Source: Podarcis filfolensis
Lineage: Eukaryota
Strand: one strand, 5' to 3'
DNA: 64,000 bases
NCBI GenBank assembly: GCA_964270895.1
Contig: OZ185437.1
This document shows positions 23,201 to 35,050 of this stretch, in pieces (the first letter of the stretch is position 1; every line of letters starts with the position of its first letter). The translations under genes were made by a program, and so were the position numbers. Below the pieces are notes generated by a model, which saw only the letters and a program-made list of their open reading frames with translations, was not told the DNA's origin and searched no databases.

Positions 23201-26200
23201 GTCAGTGTGACAAGCCCATGTACATCGGAAAGTGTGGGGTCAGCCTGCTGAGGAGCAGCATACATGGGCCAGCCAGATGCTGCATATGCCATATAGTGTC
23301 CATATGCATCATAACCAGGAGGGGGCATTGTGGGAGATGGATAGTTTTGTGGCAGTTGAGTTGCAGTGAATGGTGAAAAGCGAGAAACTCTATACCGGGA
23401 AACCGAAGTGGAAGTAGAAGACAAATTAGGAAGAGGTGGCGCCGACGGAATTAGAGATATTGGGGGAACAGACTGTTCTGGTATGGGAGTGGGATTATTT
23501 TGCCCTACAGTTATGCTTTCTGTGTGCTCAGAATTTGAAATAGAGGGTATATCTTTAGATGGCGGGAAAGAACCAGAGGGAGAGAGAGAGTGATGCTGCC
23601 TTGATTCTGGAGAATGAGTGTCACTACGACTGCGACGCCTCTCCCTAGATTCCAATTTATGAGACGTTATTGAATGACGATCAGGAGAACGAGATGCTTT
23701 CTTCCCATGGAGTCGTTCCTGAGTGCGGGCAGCAAGCTTACCAATTTCAGCTACCCCAATGTCAAGACCAATAGTTTTGAGCAAGTCATGAATTTTCTCA
23801 TACTCTGGTCTGGATTTTCCAGGTTTTACAGAAGGATTAGCAGGAGGTGGAGAACTTTCTTTCAGGCTTTCAGGTTCCTTACCAACACTAAGCGTTGGCT
23901 TTTGAGTAGCAGGGGAATTAATGCTAGAGTCATCTTCATCATCACCATAAAGAAACTTCTCTTCATCCTCAATGTCAGGGAAGCCACGCCTTCTCTTTTC
24001 CTGAGCACTGGTAGAATCTGCCATCATACCAAGAATGCGTGAAAAGCCACTCCCATCCTGGCTGGCTCTTTCATGAGGAAGTAAGAAGTCATTGTGCCGG
24101 TCTTCAGGCTCTGATATGGACTCATGATAGTCTTTCTGTTTCAAAAAACTGCCGAAATTCTGTTCGAAGGGGGAAGTGTTTTGCTGTTGGCCAGAATTTA
24201 GTTTCCAATTATGCACACTCCCTTGAGACTCTTTATTTGTAGATTCTGCAACTGCACTTTTGTTGAACTGTTTAAGGAAATTCTCCACCTCAGATGAAAA
24301 AGGAGCAATGCTGCTACGCTTCTGCGAAGGATGATCTGTAATAAGGGGAGGCTCTTTGACAGAGGCAGAACTGGTGGAAAAGACTTCAGGCTAAAAGAAA
24401 AAAGAAATAATTGTCATTTGTGAATACATTCAGTGATAACCAATAAAACAGACAAAACTTTGATACACCATGATCGTAGCCAGTGGTTTAGAACAGTAAC
24501 AGTCAACCGTAGGAAGGTGTGAAAGAGACACAGCAGTTCCTAAATATGCTGTTATTTTGGCATTTAAGATTCCACAACAGCAAGGGTGACCTGGGTATTG
24601 TTCTGAGGGTATCTACTCCAGAGATTAGGTAAAATAAGATTTACTAAAAAGCAGCAAAGTGTAACTGACAGTTTAGTAAGGAGAGAAAAGAATGTAGGCC
24701 AAACCTGCACAGAAGAATCCTCCACGCGTTTCTTCAAAATGGACTTTTTGGGCATTGCTGGTGCTTCATCCGGTCTATAGAGATACCGAGGTTCAGAAGA
24801 CTGCAGTGGGTTGCTCCTGTCAGGGACCATATAACCATGTCCAGGCAATTCTCGACTCAAATTTCTGCTCAGCTCCTCTTCTCTTTTTCTCCTAGCACTT
24901 TCAAGCTCGCGGAAATCCAGATATGGTGGGCTTGGGCTCCTACTAGGACTTCGCTTACGATAGTTTCGTGTCCCTGGCAGGAAACCCTGAGGCTCTATGC
25001 TCATATCAATTAGTCTGTCGTCTCTGTCATATCGAGGACGTTTGGGCTCTCGCCCTCTATCCTCTGATGAATACGAGGACTTCCTAAGTAGTACACCATC
25101 CCTATCAGTTTCCCTTGGGAGAGCCTGTAGATGGTCATAGTTCATGCTATAGTCTGATTGGTGGAGGAAAACATCCCTACTGTGAGAGTCCTCATTATGT
25201 CTCATACTGAAAGGACTAGAAGCATTTTCCTCACAGGAGGGATATCGCTCAAGGCTTCGAGGACGTGAAAGGCCTCTGCTAAATATTGGACCATCGGCCA
25301 AGTCATCCCTGATAAGAGAGGCACATAAGTTACAACAAAGTCAGCAACTTGGAACAGCATCCCCTGAACTCACAGAGGCGTAAAATGCACGATTCATGCT
25401 TTGAAGCTAAGATGGCTGGTTCTGGAGATGCTGCATATTAAGCAATACCTTCACCACTCATTTTAGAGGTCTTGATATTTATGACCATGAGACATGCAAC
25501 ATAAACAGAGGGGGAGAGCCAAGACCTGAGAGCACCTTGTTCCATGAGTGAAATTTTGCCCACAGAACTCTGGATCCAACCAAGTATCTTTATTTTATAC
25601 AGCTTTTAAGCATTAGCCTAGCAGCCACAGGCAACAACGGGCTGCATGCAGGTGAGTGAGTAGGTTGGCAGAGGAGAGACAGAGCGTTCTTCTACTTCTG
25701 AGCCCAACAGAGAAACCCAGAGGCTGCCAGAGGAGGAAAGCCTCCTCCTCTTGGCCCAGCACAGAAACACAGTGCTCTGTTCCTCCTTTGCCCTGCAGGC
25801 TAGTAATTTTTGTAAGATTATTTCCAAAATACATATACACCTTAATTGCTTTATTTTAGTTTGGACTACATACATTAAAATTCATTCATTCTTATGTCTG
25901 ACTGACCATCCAGGGAAGCAATAACTTCATCAGGATGGAAATAGGAGAAGTGAGCAACCTAACATTACTTAGAAGTATTTTTACACCATGGCTATTATGA
26001 TTCCTCCATCATCAGCAACAATATTATAGAAGAAAACATAAGCATTTCCCCTGCTAGTATTTTCAAAACCTGCTTTCTGAGATGCCCCCCCCCAATGCAC
26101 CCAGCATTTAGAAGACAAAATATCACTGGCCTTAACAGTTCAAAGATTTTTCAAGAAAAACAGTGAAGCTTATATAATATATGCATGTAATGTAATTTGT

Positions 26201-29200
26201 GAATGAACAGTGAAATGTGGTTTTGCTGATTTCTTGTGGTCTGACATTATGAGCAGCTCATCACACAAACTGCTCAAATAATCAGACCAAAGTGTCCCAA
26301 CCTCAAATATGAACTGCAATACAGGACAGCAATGCCACTTTGACAGGAGCAAATAATACAGAATTACATTCTAAGGTTTTTCACAATCTATTGTGTATAT
26401 CTGCAACCAAAAGGTAGTTGGTTCCCAGGAGAATAAGGTAGATAATGGCAAATGGGACTCAACTGATGAACTCAGTTATCAAACACAGTGCTCTGGTTTA
26501 GCTATAGCACTTAAGCCACTTAAGACCCAATTACACCTAAAATAAGTCCACAGGATCAGGATATCAATTGGAAGAGAGATTCAATCAAAATTATGTTTGT
26601 TACCAAGATTAAGTTGTCACTCTGAACTAGCTACAAACAATGGACAGTGCAAGTATCCTATATACAAATGGTGAATTCAGTTCTCCAGCATAGAAATTTA
26701 CTTAGTCAAAAGAGCAGCACTGATGCACACGAGACAATTGGCAGCAGGCTCAGGAAGACCCCAAGATTTGTAGAAATACACAAAAGACTTAAGGCAAAAG
26801 AATCCAAATGACAACTGAGTATATACAGTAGACCAGGGATGTGCAACCGGTCGACTTGAGTCGATCATGGTCGATTTTTCCTTTGTGGGGGAAAAATAAT
26901 AATAATAATAATAAATTTTATTTATATCCCGCCCTCCCCAGCCGAAGTCGGGCTCAGGCGGCTAACAACAATAAAACAGTACAAGAGTACAACACAACAT
27001 AACACTCTAAAATCATTCATTATAAAAATAGAACCTGACCCTGGCCCCTTGCCTTGCCCTGTCCTCCCCTGTGAGGCTTTTTGTTTCCTGATCAATCTTT
27101 TGGTGAGTGACTTTTCCCCCAAAAGAAAGCTCAACATTTCAGACCTGCCCCTCTAAAAAAAGCTCAACAACTTCGACTTTCCTCCATAAAAAAAAAAGAC
27201 CTGAACACCCCAAAAAGGGGGTAGATCACTGCCATATTTTTTTTTTCTGTGAGTAGATCGCAGTCTCTTGGGAGTTGGTTGTCCCTGCTGTAGACAACAA
27301 ATACTGACTCACTGTTGAGGGGCATGGACAGAAGGAAAATCCTGAAAACAAGTACAGACAACTAGCACCCGAAGCATGGGCACTCAACTCCAGGCCCAAC
27401 TTGCGCCATCCTTGTTTTATGACTTTGCTGTTGCTTTTTATGTCTCAAAAACTCCTCTGTTTCACAAGAAATATCAGAAAAATAAAGAAAATGAAAGCAG
27501 TTTCATCCTAGAAATAGTAATTCCCACAAGAAGCACTTATTAGTAAATTTACTAAATGGGTGCTTAATTCTCTTTTAAACTTCAATTCATTTTCAGAAAG
27601 TAAATATTTCAGTTCCGTATTTGCTGTTATTGCTAACCTCTTAGATTAGAGTCCACTAAAGATAAAATGAGCAGAAAAAAATAAGTAGTACTGTCGACTG
27701 AACAATTAAAAAACTCATGATTTCAATTAAGGAAAAATGATTTAAAACTAGCTTTGTACTTTTTTGCCCATCTCCCACCATTCTTCTTCAGAAAAGGTTG
27801 TGTGAAATTATCTGCATGCACCACACTCCTCAGATGCAGACATACCATATTTTCCGCTCCATAAGACACACTTTTCCCCTCCTAAAAAGTAAGGGGAAAT
27901 GTGTGTGTGTCTTATGGAGTGAATGCAGGCGGGAAAAGCCCCCAAGAGCTGCACACACGCTCCGCGCGCTCTTTAAAGGGAGTGCGGCTCTTGCGGGCTT
28001 TTTCCCAAGGAGGGAGAAGGGCAGCCCGTCACTGACCCTTCCCCCTCCTCGGGGGAAAAGCCCCCAAGAGCTGCACACACGCTAGGCGCAGCTCTTTAAA
28101 GGGAGTGCGGCTCTTGCGGGCTTTTCTACGAGGTGGGAGAAGGACAGCCTGCAAGTGCCACACACACACACTCCACGCGGCTCGTGAAACGGAGCGCTGA
28201 ACAGAGCCTGGGATGCATACAGGCTCTGCTCAGCGCTACCTTTAAAGAGCCGTGTGGAGCGTGTTTGCAGCTCTTGGGGGCTTTTCTCCTAGGAGGGAGA
28301 AGGGGAGCCTGTCACTGACAGCCTGTTTTCGGGGAAATGCCTCCACACGGCTCATGAAAGGGAGCGCTGAGCAGAGCCTGGGATGCATACAGGCTCTGCT
28401 CAGCACTCCCTTTAAAGAATTTTTTTTTTCTTGCATTCCCCCTCTAAGAACTAGGTGTGTCTTATGGAGCGAAAAAATACGGTATTTTCAAAACCTCTTG
28501 TAATACTACTATTGATGCTAGCAGAGGAACACTGTTTTAAATCTATTGTTTTCCACTGTGGGCAATATTGTTTACATTCTGCAAGAGTGGTATTCTGGAA
28601 GCTTGTCCTGGGTGTTTACTAAATATTCATACCAACTAGGCCCTGCTAAAGTGATGTTTTGGTGTGAAGAGTGCAGACTGAATGAAACACACTTGTTACA
28701 AACATACACCAACAGGCCACAATTCACACTACGTGTCCTACATATAGAAGAGGCGCATAAATAAATGACCCACCCATCCTATATAGCACTACATGTGAAC
28801 AAGCACTCAGCAATTTCTTATGATTACAATCTCACTAAACTATAAATGGTCCACTCCTTCTCCAAAGCTTATTTACAACTCCTGGATCAAAGCAACTTTA
28901 TTTCCTGTCACTGCAGTCAACGTTGTTGTGAACTTCTCTGAAGGATGACATTATACGTTAACTGTCTCTAAATGATTCCTCCCTTATATCCAAGTAAAAT
29001 AATTAGTCATTTTCCACTGCCTTCACAAAAGCCAGCATGCCTTCCGTCTGCCTTCACAAAAGCCAGCATGACAAGAAGGAGAAAAAGTATTCATCAGATT
29101 TCATAAAAGACGCTCTCTTATTTATTTATATATACTGGGAATAAAGTACCCAGAAAAACTTTACCAGCACTACTACTACCATACAGCAGGGAAGAACAAA

Positions 29201-32200
29201 ATTTAAATGTACCCCTCCAGTCAAATGAGCTAATTAAAAAATAAAAATAAATTATGCTTCACAAGATTCTAACAAGAGAACACAAACTGCAAAAAGGATT
29301 GTTTGGGACTAAATGCAAGCTGTAATTTGACACCTATTCACTTAATTTTAAGCCTAGTTTATACTTCATAATTTGCTTTTAAGATGATATAGGTTAAACA
29401 GTAGCTGGAACCTGAGACAGTTACCTAGAAGTAAGCCCAGTGAACTCAATGGGATTTACTTCTAATAGGCTTGCAGTATAAGTTTACCAAACTTGACTAC
29501 AAAATACAAGCCTGTACAAAATGGATCACTACAATCGTAGTATCACAGAACTGATATAGATATGGCACACTAACTGAAGTAAGATCAGCAGCAATGGTAC
29601 ATAGGACAAATGTGTTAATTTCAGAATCTCACCAATTTAAGCAATGGTTAAATAGTCTATCAAAATATTTTTTGAGATTGTTAGCAATTCAGCTATAAAG
29701 GACAGTCCGCTGTTACCAGCAACTGAGACACATAAAAACTTTATCCACAGTAGTTCACCACTGAAATAAATTCTCATAAAAACTCAAGAGTGTTGATCTA
29801 GTGAGAATCTTATGTTGCCTTCAGCCAACTAGCTGTTTAACTTCCTAATTTATGTTTTTTTTATCTTCAACTTTCTCCCTTTCTAATTTATGGGCATTTA
29901 TAATATATTCCATCACCATCAACAACATGGTTAACATTACAGCAACAACAATCATACATTCATATTATTCCTGTACTTGTATGCATTTAGTTCTTCAGAA
30001 TCTAATCTTACTGCACAATTTTAGTTTAAGAGCTACCACCGGGTTTTGGCAACTACTTGGGAGTACCAATACGACGTAAAAGTGAAGAAAGCAAAACATC
30101 TCTGTGAGATTCTTGATATATTCCATCCAATACAATTTCCATACCATCTCAGCATACCATACCAGCAAGCTGGTGATCATTTACATCACCTATGACACGA
30201 GAACTAAAAGGTGTAATTCTGAAAGGCTATTCTTCAGAGGCATACCTGTCCAAATCACTCAGACTATCAACTGGTGAGCCTAGTCTATCAGATATTCTCT
30301 TTCTCTCAGGTGTGTCAATGCCGTAACGGTCATTGCCAACTGTGATCCGTAAATTCTGTTCCACTGAAGACTCAGAATGTCGACTTGGAGAATGCCGGCC
30401 TGGGGAACGTGAGCGCCGGCCCGGGGAACGTGAGTGCCGGCCCAGGGAACATGAGCGCCGGCCTGTGGAACGTCTCTGCAATTGGAGAAAAATACAGTTC
30501 CATCATGCTAATTATTAGGATAGATTATGTTATTGTTGTAAGCTGCTTTGACATCACCTTTGTTGCTTTGAAATGAAAACTAATCAAATTAAATTCAAGG
30601 AATAAGCCAAAACCACTGTGAAATTAAGCAATTTAAAGTGTCAACGCCAACTTAAATCAGACAATGCACATCAAACTTGCACTCATCTGCACTGAAGGCA
30701 TCTGTGAACACATGCGTAGGCAATGGAACTAGATTGACAACTTTACCATAAAGAAAAATTGCAGCCAGTGATGTAGGGCATAAAATATCCCCAGTGATGT
30801 TTGTTTCCACAGAATATTCTCACTTTATTGGAATATATTGTTTCATAAAATTAATTAGTAATAAAATGGATGGAAAGAATAGAGTTAAATTTGGAGCATT
30901 TCAAAGTTTCAACATTTTTTTAGTTAGATGACTGTCTCTGGAAAGCACCTTCTCTCTCACATGAGAACTACTGATTTGTAGATTTGTGTGCTCAAGCATG
31001 CATGTATAAACAAGGCTTAATTAAAATCCAAAAACCAAATACAGTGGTACCTCTGGATACATACACCTCTGGTTGTGTATCCTTCGGGTTACACACGTGG
31101 CAAACCCAGAAGTATTTTTCCGGGTTTTGCCACGTGCATGCGCAGAAGCGCTCTACCGCACCGTGTGCAGAACAAGCACCTCCAGCTGCAAATTTCTCAG
31201 GATCTGACCAGAACTCCGGAACGGATCCCATGCACAACCGGAGGTACCACTGCAATTCAAATAAACTAAATCCAATCCCAATCAATTTAAGGCACTGAAA
31301 AATTCTGATTCAAAATTATCCAGAAAACTAATGTAACTGCTTTGCCACAGTACATGACTACCGGTGAATTCATGTTTATAAATATGCAATTTTATATGGG
31401 TAGTTTTATAAACTCCACCCATGTATCACTTATGCCATGAGCAGAAATAAAACCATAATTGCAGTTTGGGGCTCCTTTATCTAACCTGGAAGTGACTTAT
31501 GCCCCTCTCAAGTAGGCTACTGTTCACTTCTAAGTTGGGTTTCAACTCCCCAGCTATCACAAGTTTTCAACCTTTCCTTTTCAGAACACTGGGCAGCAAT
31601 TCAGCAGTCTGGATTTTCAGGAAAATCTTTTATACAGTACTATTAATTTCCAGGACTCTTGCCTGAGTATTGTACTTTATAAATGGCCTGAGTCAATTTC
31701 ACTATTTTTTAATGCCACTGAATATTTGGGGAATGCTCCTGTTCACTTGGTTGGGCTGATCACAAGCAGCTCTGCTCATTCTAAGCCAGAAGATCAAAAA
31801 GGACCAGTAGCAGGTTCTTACTCATACTCTAGGAGCTTTAATCAAAGGTCCCCACAATTCTGTTCAGTTTTCTTGATCTACATATTACATCAGTGCTGTG
31901 CCCCCAGCACTATTTTCCTTAGAGCACAGGTAGCTAACCCCTGGCCTGAAGCCTCCCAAACCATTTCCCTGACCCTCTAAAGAACCTACCAATTTTGGGA
32001 GCAAATAAGAGAGACATAACATTGGGGTGGGTGAAGTAAACAAAAAAAACCACACACAGTCTAGTGCCCTGATGGCAATCCAATCAGTCCCTGCCCAGCC
32101 ATCAGTCTGATAACTTGATGAACAGGGAGGTCCCTGCTGGGCTGGGGAATGTGAGGGCCAACTTGGGGAACAGCTAAGGGCCAAGGGCCTATGTGCCCTG

Positions 32201-34571
32201 TGTGCACATGTGAGTGTGGGCATGGAAGCGTGGGGGGGCCACATCCACCACTGGCATGAGGTCCCTGGAGTTCTGGTTAAATGTGTACGTGGCCCATGGG
32301 TTAAAAAAAAAAAAGGGGGCTACCCTACCATTAAATGCTTTTTATCTATAATGATGGGAAAGGATTTGGCCCCACATTGCTTACAGCAGTTTTTCCTCAA
32401 ACCTGAGTCCCCAGCTGCAACTCCCATCACCTTAAGTTAGCAGGACCAGTGGTCAGGAATGATGGGAGTCGTAGTTCAACAACAGCTGGGGATCCAAGTT
32501 TGAAAAACACTGGAGACTGCCACCTCTAATTTCCAAGAAATTGCGTGCTAGGCTAAAAAAAAAAATCACTCTTGATGTCTGCCCACATAACTGATTTATT
32601 TCCCTCAGTAAGGGCATAAGCATTTTCTAGTACTGCTTTAAGAGATGGGGTATTAAAAGTTTTTATTATATAAACTTAATTTGTCTAACAGCAATCCTAA
32701 ACACAGTTATCAGAAATCAAATCCAATTGAATATAAAGAGACTTATTTTTGAGTCAATATGCTTAGGATTGTGTTATATTCCGCTATCCCCAACAAGCAT
32801 AGGAAAATTATAAATCAAAACAAATATACTAAAACTCTTCTAAGGTTACAACTGCAAAGCAGTAGAGCAGAAATTAAAAGATGATGAATTGTGAGGTAAG
32901 CCAAAGGCTAATAGACATAAGTATTTAAAATTTATTTGGGTTTCATACCTATAAACAATCAGAACATTAAAAATCAATTATGAAATATTTATACTTCCTA
33001 AATAATCTATTTAATTTCAATATCCCCATCTAAGAAACTGTTCCTCAGATGCTTAGCTGAAATGATTTTCAAACTAGCAGAATTTCTGAAAATCAAAGGC
33101 CAAAAGAGAAGTGAAGTACTTTGGGAACCAAAACAATTACAACTGCAACCAGTGTCATTATGTGCTAATTTACTCAGAATGACTCCACTATGTGTAGTGG
33201 GACTTATTTCCTAGTTAGGTAACTTATGTTGCAGCCTCGTATATGGACAACTGCTTAACTACGTTTCATTCCTGTATAAATATTGCTCTTTTTATTTTAT
33301 TTTTGTTTATCTTACCTATTCCCATATACACCTGTGAAAATGGACACAATTATTATTTTCCAAAGGACAGGTTACTTTAGCAATTTGCTGTATGACCTAG
33401 CCTGTTTATTAACCCTACTGATTTCTCCCGAAATATATTTCAAGTACCTATACTATGTTTAGTTTCAAACTTAGCATGGTCCTACCTTCCTATTCAATCC
33501 ACAAAGAACTAAGCTCCCACAACCCACAAGCATTCTCTGCTTTTCTAAGAAAGAATAATGACCAAAGAACCTGAAGATAAATTCCCAAAAACATGTTGGG
33601 CAACCCTACCATTAGGAAATGAAGAGTGCGCCTTAGGCAACTGCTTTTAAGGGTAATGGAAGGGCAGCGAATTTGTAGTAGTCTGTTATTGTTATTATCT
33701 TCCTACTGCCAGCAAGCGGGGTGGAAGAGGTTTTTCTGGATTTTCTGTCTCATGTTCCAAAATCACTGAACCAGCCTTATGAACCATAAACGGAGGGCAG
33801 GTGTACCACTTGCTCCTCCACCTTAGGCAACCTCTTAGGCCAGCTCTAAACTTACTGAGACGTCTTACTAAATTAAATTACTCCCAAGTAAGTGTGCATA
33901 GGATTGCGTCCTCCGTGACTTTTTTTTGGGGGGGGGCCGCCAACTTTGGCTGAACAATTATGCTTTTGTGTTAGTCCTCCCCCTAACCAAAACTGTGCTT
34001 GCAGGTACAACTGCTGGGGGGATGCAAGAGGTTGCTAAGGCCCTGGCCCAGCGATGCGAGAGGTCTTTGTGCACTTCGGGAGCGCGAAAGGAAGGGTCGC
34101 CTTTCCTGAAACCTGCAGCAAAGGTGACGACAGGAAGAGACCAATGGGGATATATACTCCGTTTGTCACCACTTTGGTGTGTGGCTCAGGCGAGCAAGCG
34201 AACGGCCGGGCAGGGAGCCGTTGCCATGGCCGTGAGGAGGGTGGATAAAGGGGAGGGCGGACTAATATTCCCAAGGCCCGGTCCTTAGGTCGCTATGCCG
34301 GGCAAGCCTGCTCTGAGCCGGCTCGGCTCCAGCTCCCCACGGACGGAGACCGTACCCGACTACTGCGGCGCGGGGACGGCGAGCGGCGAGAAGAGCGGCT
34401 GCTGGACGGCGAACGGTACCGGCGGCCTCGCGGGGAAGGCGAGCGCGAGCGTGAGCGGCGCGGGCTCCGGCCCCGCGTCGAACCGGAGGCACCGGAGCGG
34501 GAACTGCGCGAGCCCGAGCGACTGCCCTCTTTGGACCGGCTGGAGGAAGACACGCTACTGGTACGGTACAT
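12509..34571 (-). CDS. ZNF318: Zinc finger protein 318, spliced CDS of 10 exons, 7992 nt, 2663 aa
   Basis: Exons (plus coordinates): 34356-34571, 30246-30475, 24705-25308, 22984-24390, 21895-21994, 21318-21601, 18754-18954, 18212-18311, 17678-17796, 12509-17239. All introns GT-AG and phases agree. Diagnostic motifs: MYR.. RS-rich start, LRITVGND, DFLLPHERASQDGSGFSRIL, FPDIEDEEKFLYGD, EMLRKKRREKDGHKDP, two matrin-type C2H2 fingers, KYVDENPLYEERR, AKDLYDIFY. Head-to-head with ABCC10 as in human. Confidence 0.96.
14378..15541 (-). repeat. Coding higher-order tandem repeat in ZNF318 exon 10 (354-nt / 118-aa period)
   Basis: The TT-D-[FV]-K-x-[DP]-D-D-K-E-L motif starts at 15541, 15187, 14833 (354 nt apart) and 14728; variant starts at 14539 and 14434. 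Twelve monomers of 26-37 aa plus one partial. Confidence 0.92.
17678..17796 (-). CDS. ZNF318: ZNF318 coding exon 9 (matrin-type zinc finger 2)
   Basis: gcatttcag|GT TCT; SEFLIPVTGYYCQLCQEFFGDQISAEQHVKINLHNEKYK; AAG|gtacct. Confidence 0.94.
18212..18311 (-). CDS. ZNF318: ZNF318 coding exon 8
   Basis: gtaaacag|ACC; TLDPYNRPWDLKTQTETKQDLTKRIDKIPVPAK; G|gtaagt. Confidence 0.93.
18754..18954 (-). CDS. ZNF318: ZNF318 coding exon 7 (matrin-type zinc finger 1)
   Basis: tttccaatttag|GAT; ...YYDTGNHWCKDCNTICGTMFDFFTHMHNKKHRQ; CAG|gtgtgt. Confidence 0.94.
21318..21601 (-). CDS. ZNF318: ZNF318 coding exon 6
   Basis: gactcag|GG GAG ATG; EMLRKKRREKDGHKDPLL...SNSVK; AAG|gtaaaa. Confidence 0.93.
21895..21994 (-). 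CDS. ZNF318: ZNF318 coding exon 5 (coiled coil)
   Basis: ctttctag|GTA ATG; VMEEREKLRSEQEARQKKLHYLRTELERLLKQQ; G|gtactg. Confidence 0.92.
22984..24390 (-). CDS. ZNF318: ZNF318 coding exon 4
   Basis: ttttcttttag|CCT GAA; PEVFSTSS...HERASQDGSGFSRIL...RASQKLK; AAG|gtgagt. Confidence 0.94.
24705..25308 (-). CDS. ZNF318: ZNF318 coding exon 3
   Basis: ctcttatcag|G GAT GAC; DDLADGPIF...MPKKSILKKRVEDSSVQ; CAG|gtttgg. Confidence 0.93.
26834..27287. mobile_element. hAT-type MITE with 8-bp TSD and nested LINE tail, ZNF318 intron 2
   Basis: Ends CAGGGA...TCCCTG; flanks cagtagac / ctgtagac (7 of 8). An internal L2-like 3' tail with (AAT)n lies at ~26895-27030. Confidence 0.78.
27845..28482. mobile_element. 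638-bp Tc1/mariner-type non-autonomous element with internal direct and inverted repeats, ZNF318 intron 2
   Basis: TIR ccatattttccgctccataagacacac / gtgtgtcttatggagcgaaaaaatacgg, TA on both sides. Internal ~120-bp direct repeats and hairpins. Confidence 0.85.
30246..30475 (-). CDS. ZNF318: ZNF318 coding exon 2
   Basis: tttttctccaattgcag|AGA; RRSTGRR...LRITVGNDRYGIDTPERKRISDRLGSPVDSLSDLD; AG|gtatgc. Confidence 0.93.
30394..30477 (-). repeat. 4 x 21-nt coding tandem repeat in ZNF318 exon 2 (R-[RH]-S-[RC]-S-[PL]-G heptads)
   Basis: Plus-strand units gccggcctggggaacgtgagc / gccggcccggggaacgtgagt / gccggcccagggaacatgagc / gccggcctgtggaacgtctct. Confidence 0.9.
31042..31252. mobile_element. Tc1/mariner (Tigger/pogo-like) MITE, ZNF318 intron 1
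   Basis: TIR cagtggtacctc / gaggtaccactg; TA on the left, CA on the right. Confidence 0.82.
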
Positions 34572-35050
34572 GGCGCTGCCGGCGGTGGTGGCGGCGGCGG
34601 CTCAAGGAGCCCCGAAGGCCGCCCGCCCTCACTCCTCGCCAAGGCCGCTCCTCCTTGCTCCTCCTGTTGACCATCCTCCCTCAGCACGCTCCATGCGTGC
34701 ATGCGCGCGCGCACCGGACGCAAACGCAAGAGCCCGAGGTTACAAAAAGCTTCCTCGGGCCGCCCCGACAAAATGGCGGATAGGGAAATGGCGGTCACGT
34801 GTCGCGTGCGAGGCCGAGGGAAGAGGCGGGGTTGGGGGGGGGAGATGCGTCGCGAGACCATCAGCGAGCCCTACGGACGGACGAAATGGCGGGGGGGGCG
34901 GGCCTTGAGTCACGTGATAGGGAGGAAGGTAAGCGCAACGAGAGGCGGCCCACAGTGTAAACTGCGGTGTGCGCTGCTGCTTAGCGCGGCCCGCCTTATT
35001 AGGTCCAGTTTCCGCCTCCCATGTGTGCGCTAACTCTCCCCCTGCCAACG
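34180..35050. promoter_or_regulatory. CpG island: ZNF318 promoter/exon 1, probably bidirectional
   Basis: Very high CpG density. Three YY1-type AAATGGCGG sites (34771, 34786, 34884), E-boxes TCACGTG (34795) and TCACGTGA (34910), and an NRF1-like GCATGCGC near 34699. Confidence 0.8.
34356..34571 (-). CDS. ZNF318: ZNF318 coding exon 1 (Arg/Ser-rich)
   Basis: ATG at 34571, 72 codons MYRTSSVSSSSR...PRRSSR, donor CGG|gtacgg phase 0, matching the phase-0 acceptor of exon 2. Confidence 0.85.

Noticed and set aside
22849-24705. ORF-track C-termini extending past ZNF318 exons (VSIFNDLD.., VWPTFFSL..)
   Set aside because: These are intron read-through beyond clear GT donors. Intron retention cannot be supported from sequence alone.
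27931-28410. Repeat-spacer-like pattern reminiscent of a CRISPR array
   Set aside because: Eukaryotic intron; repeats are long, imperfect, partly inverted and bounded by TIRs with a TA TSD, so this is a MITE.
34262-35048. Several 90-200 aa ORFs on both strands in the CpG island
   Set aside because: Stop codons are scarce in GC-rich DNA. Only the MYRTSS.. frame matches a known protein and splices in phase.
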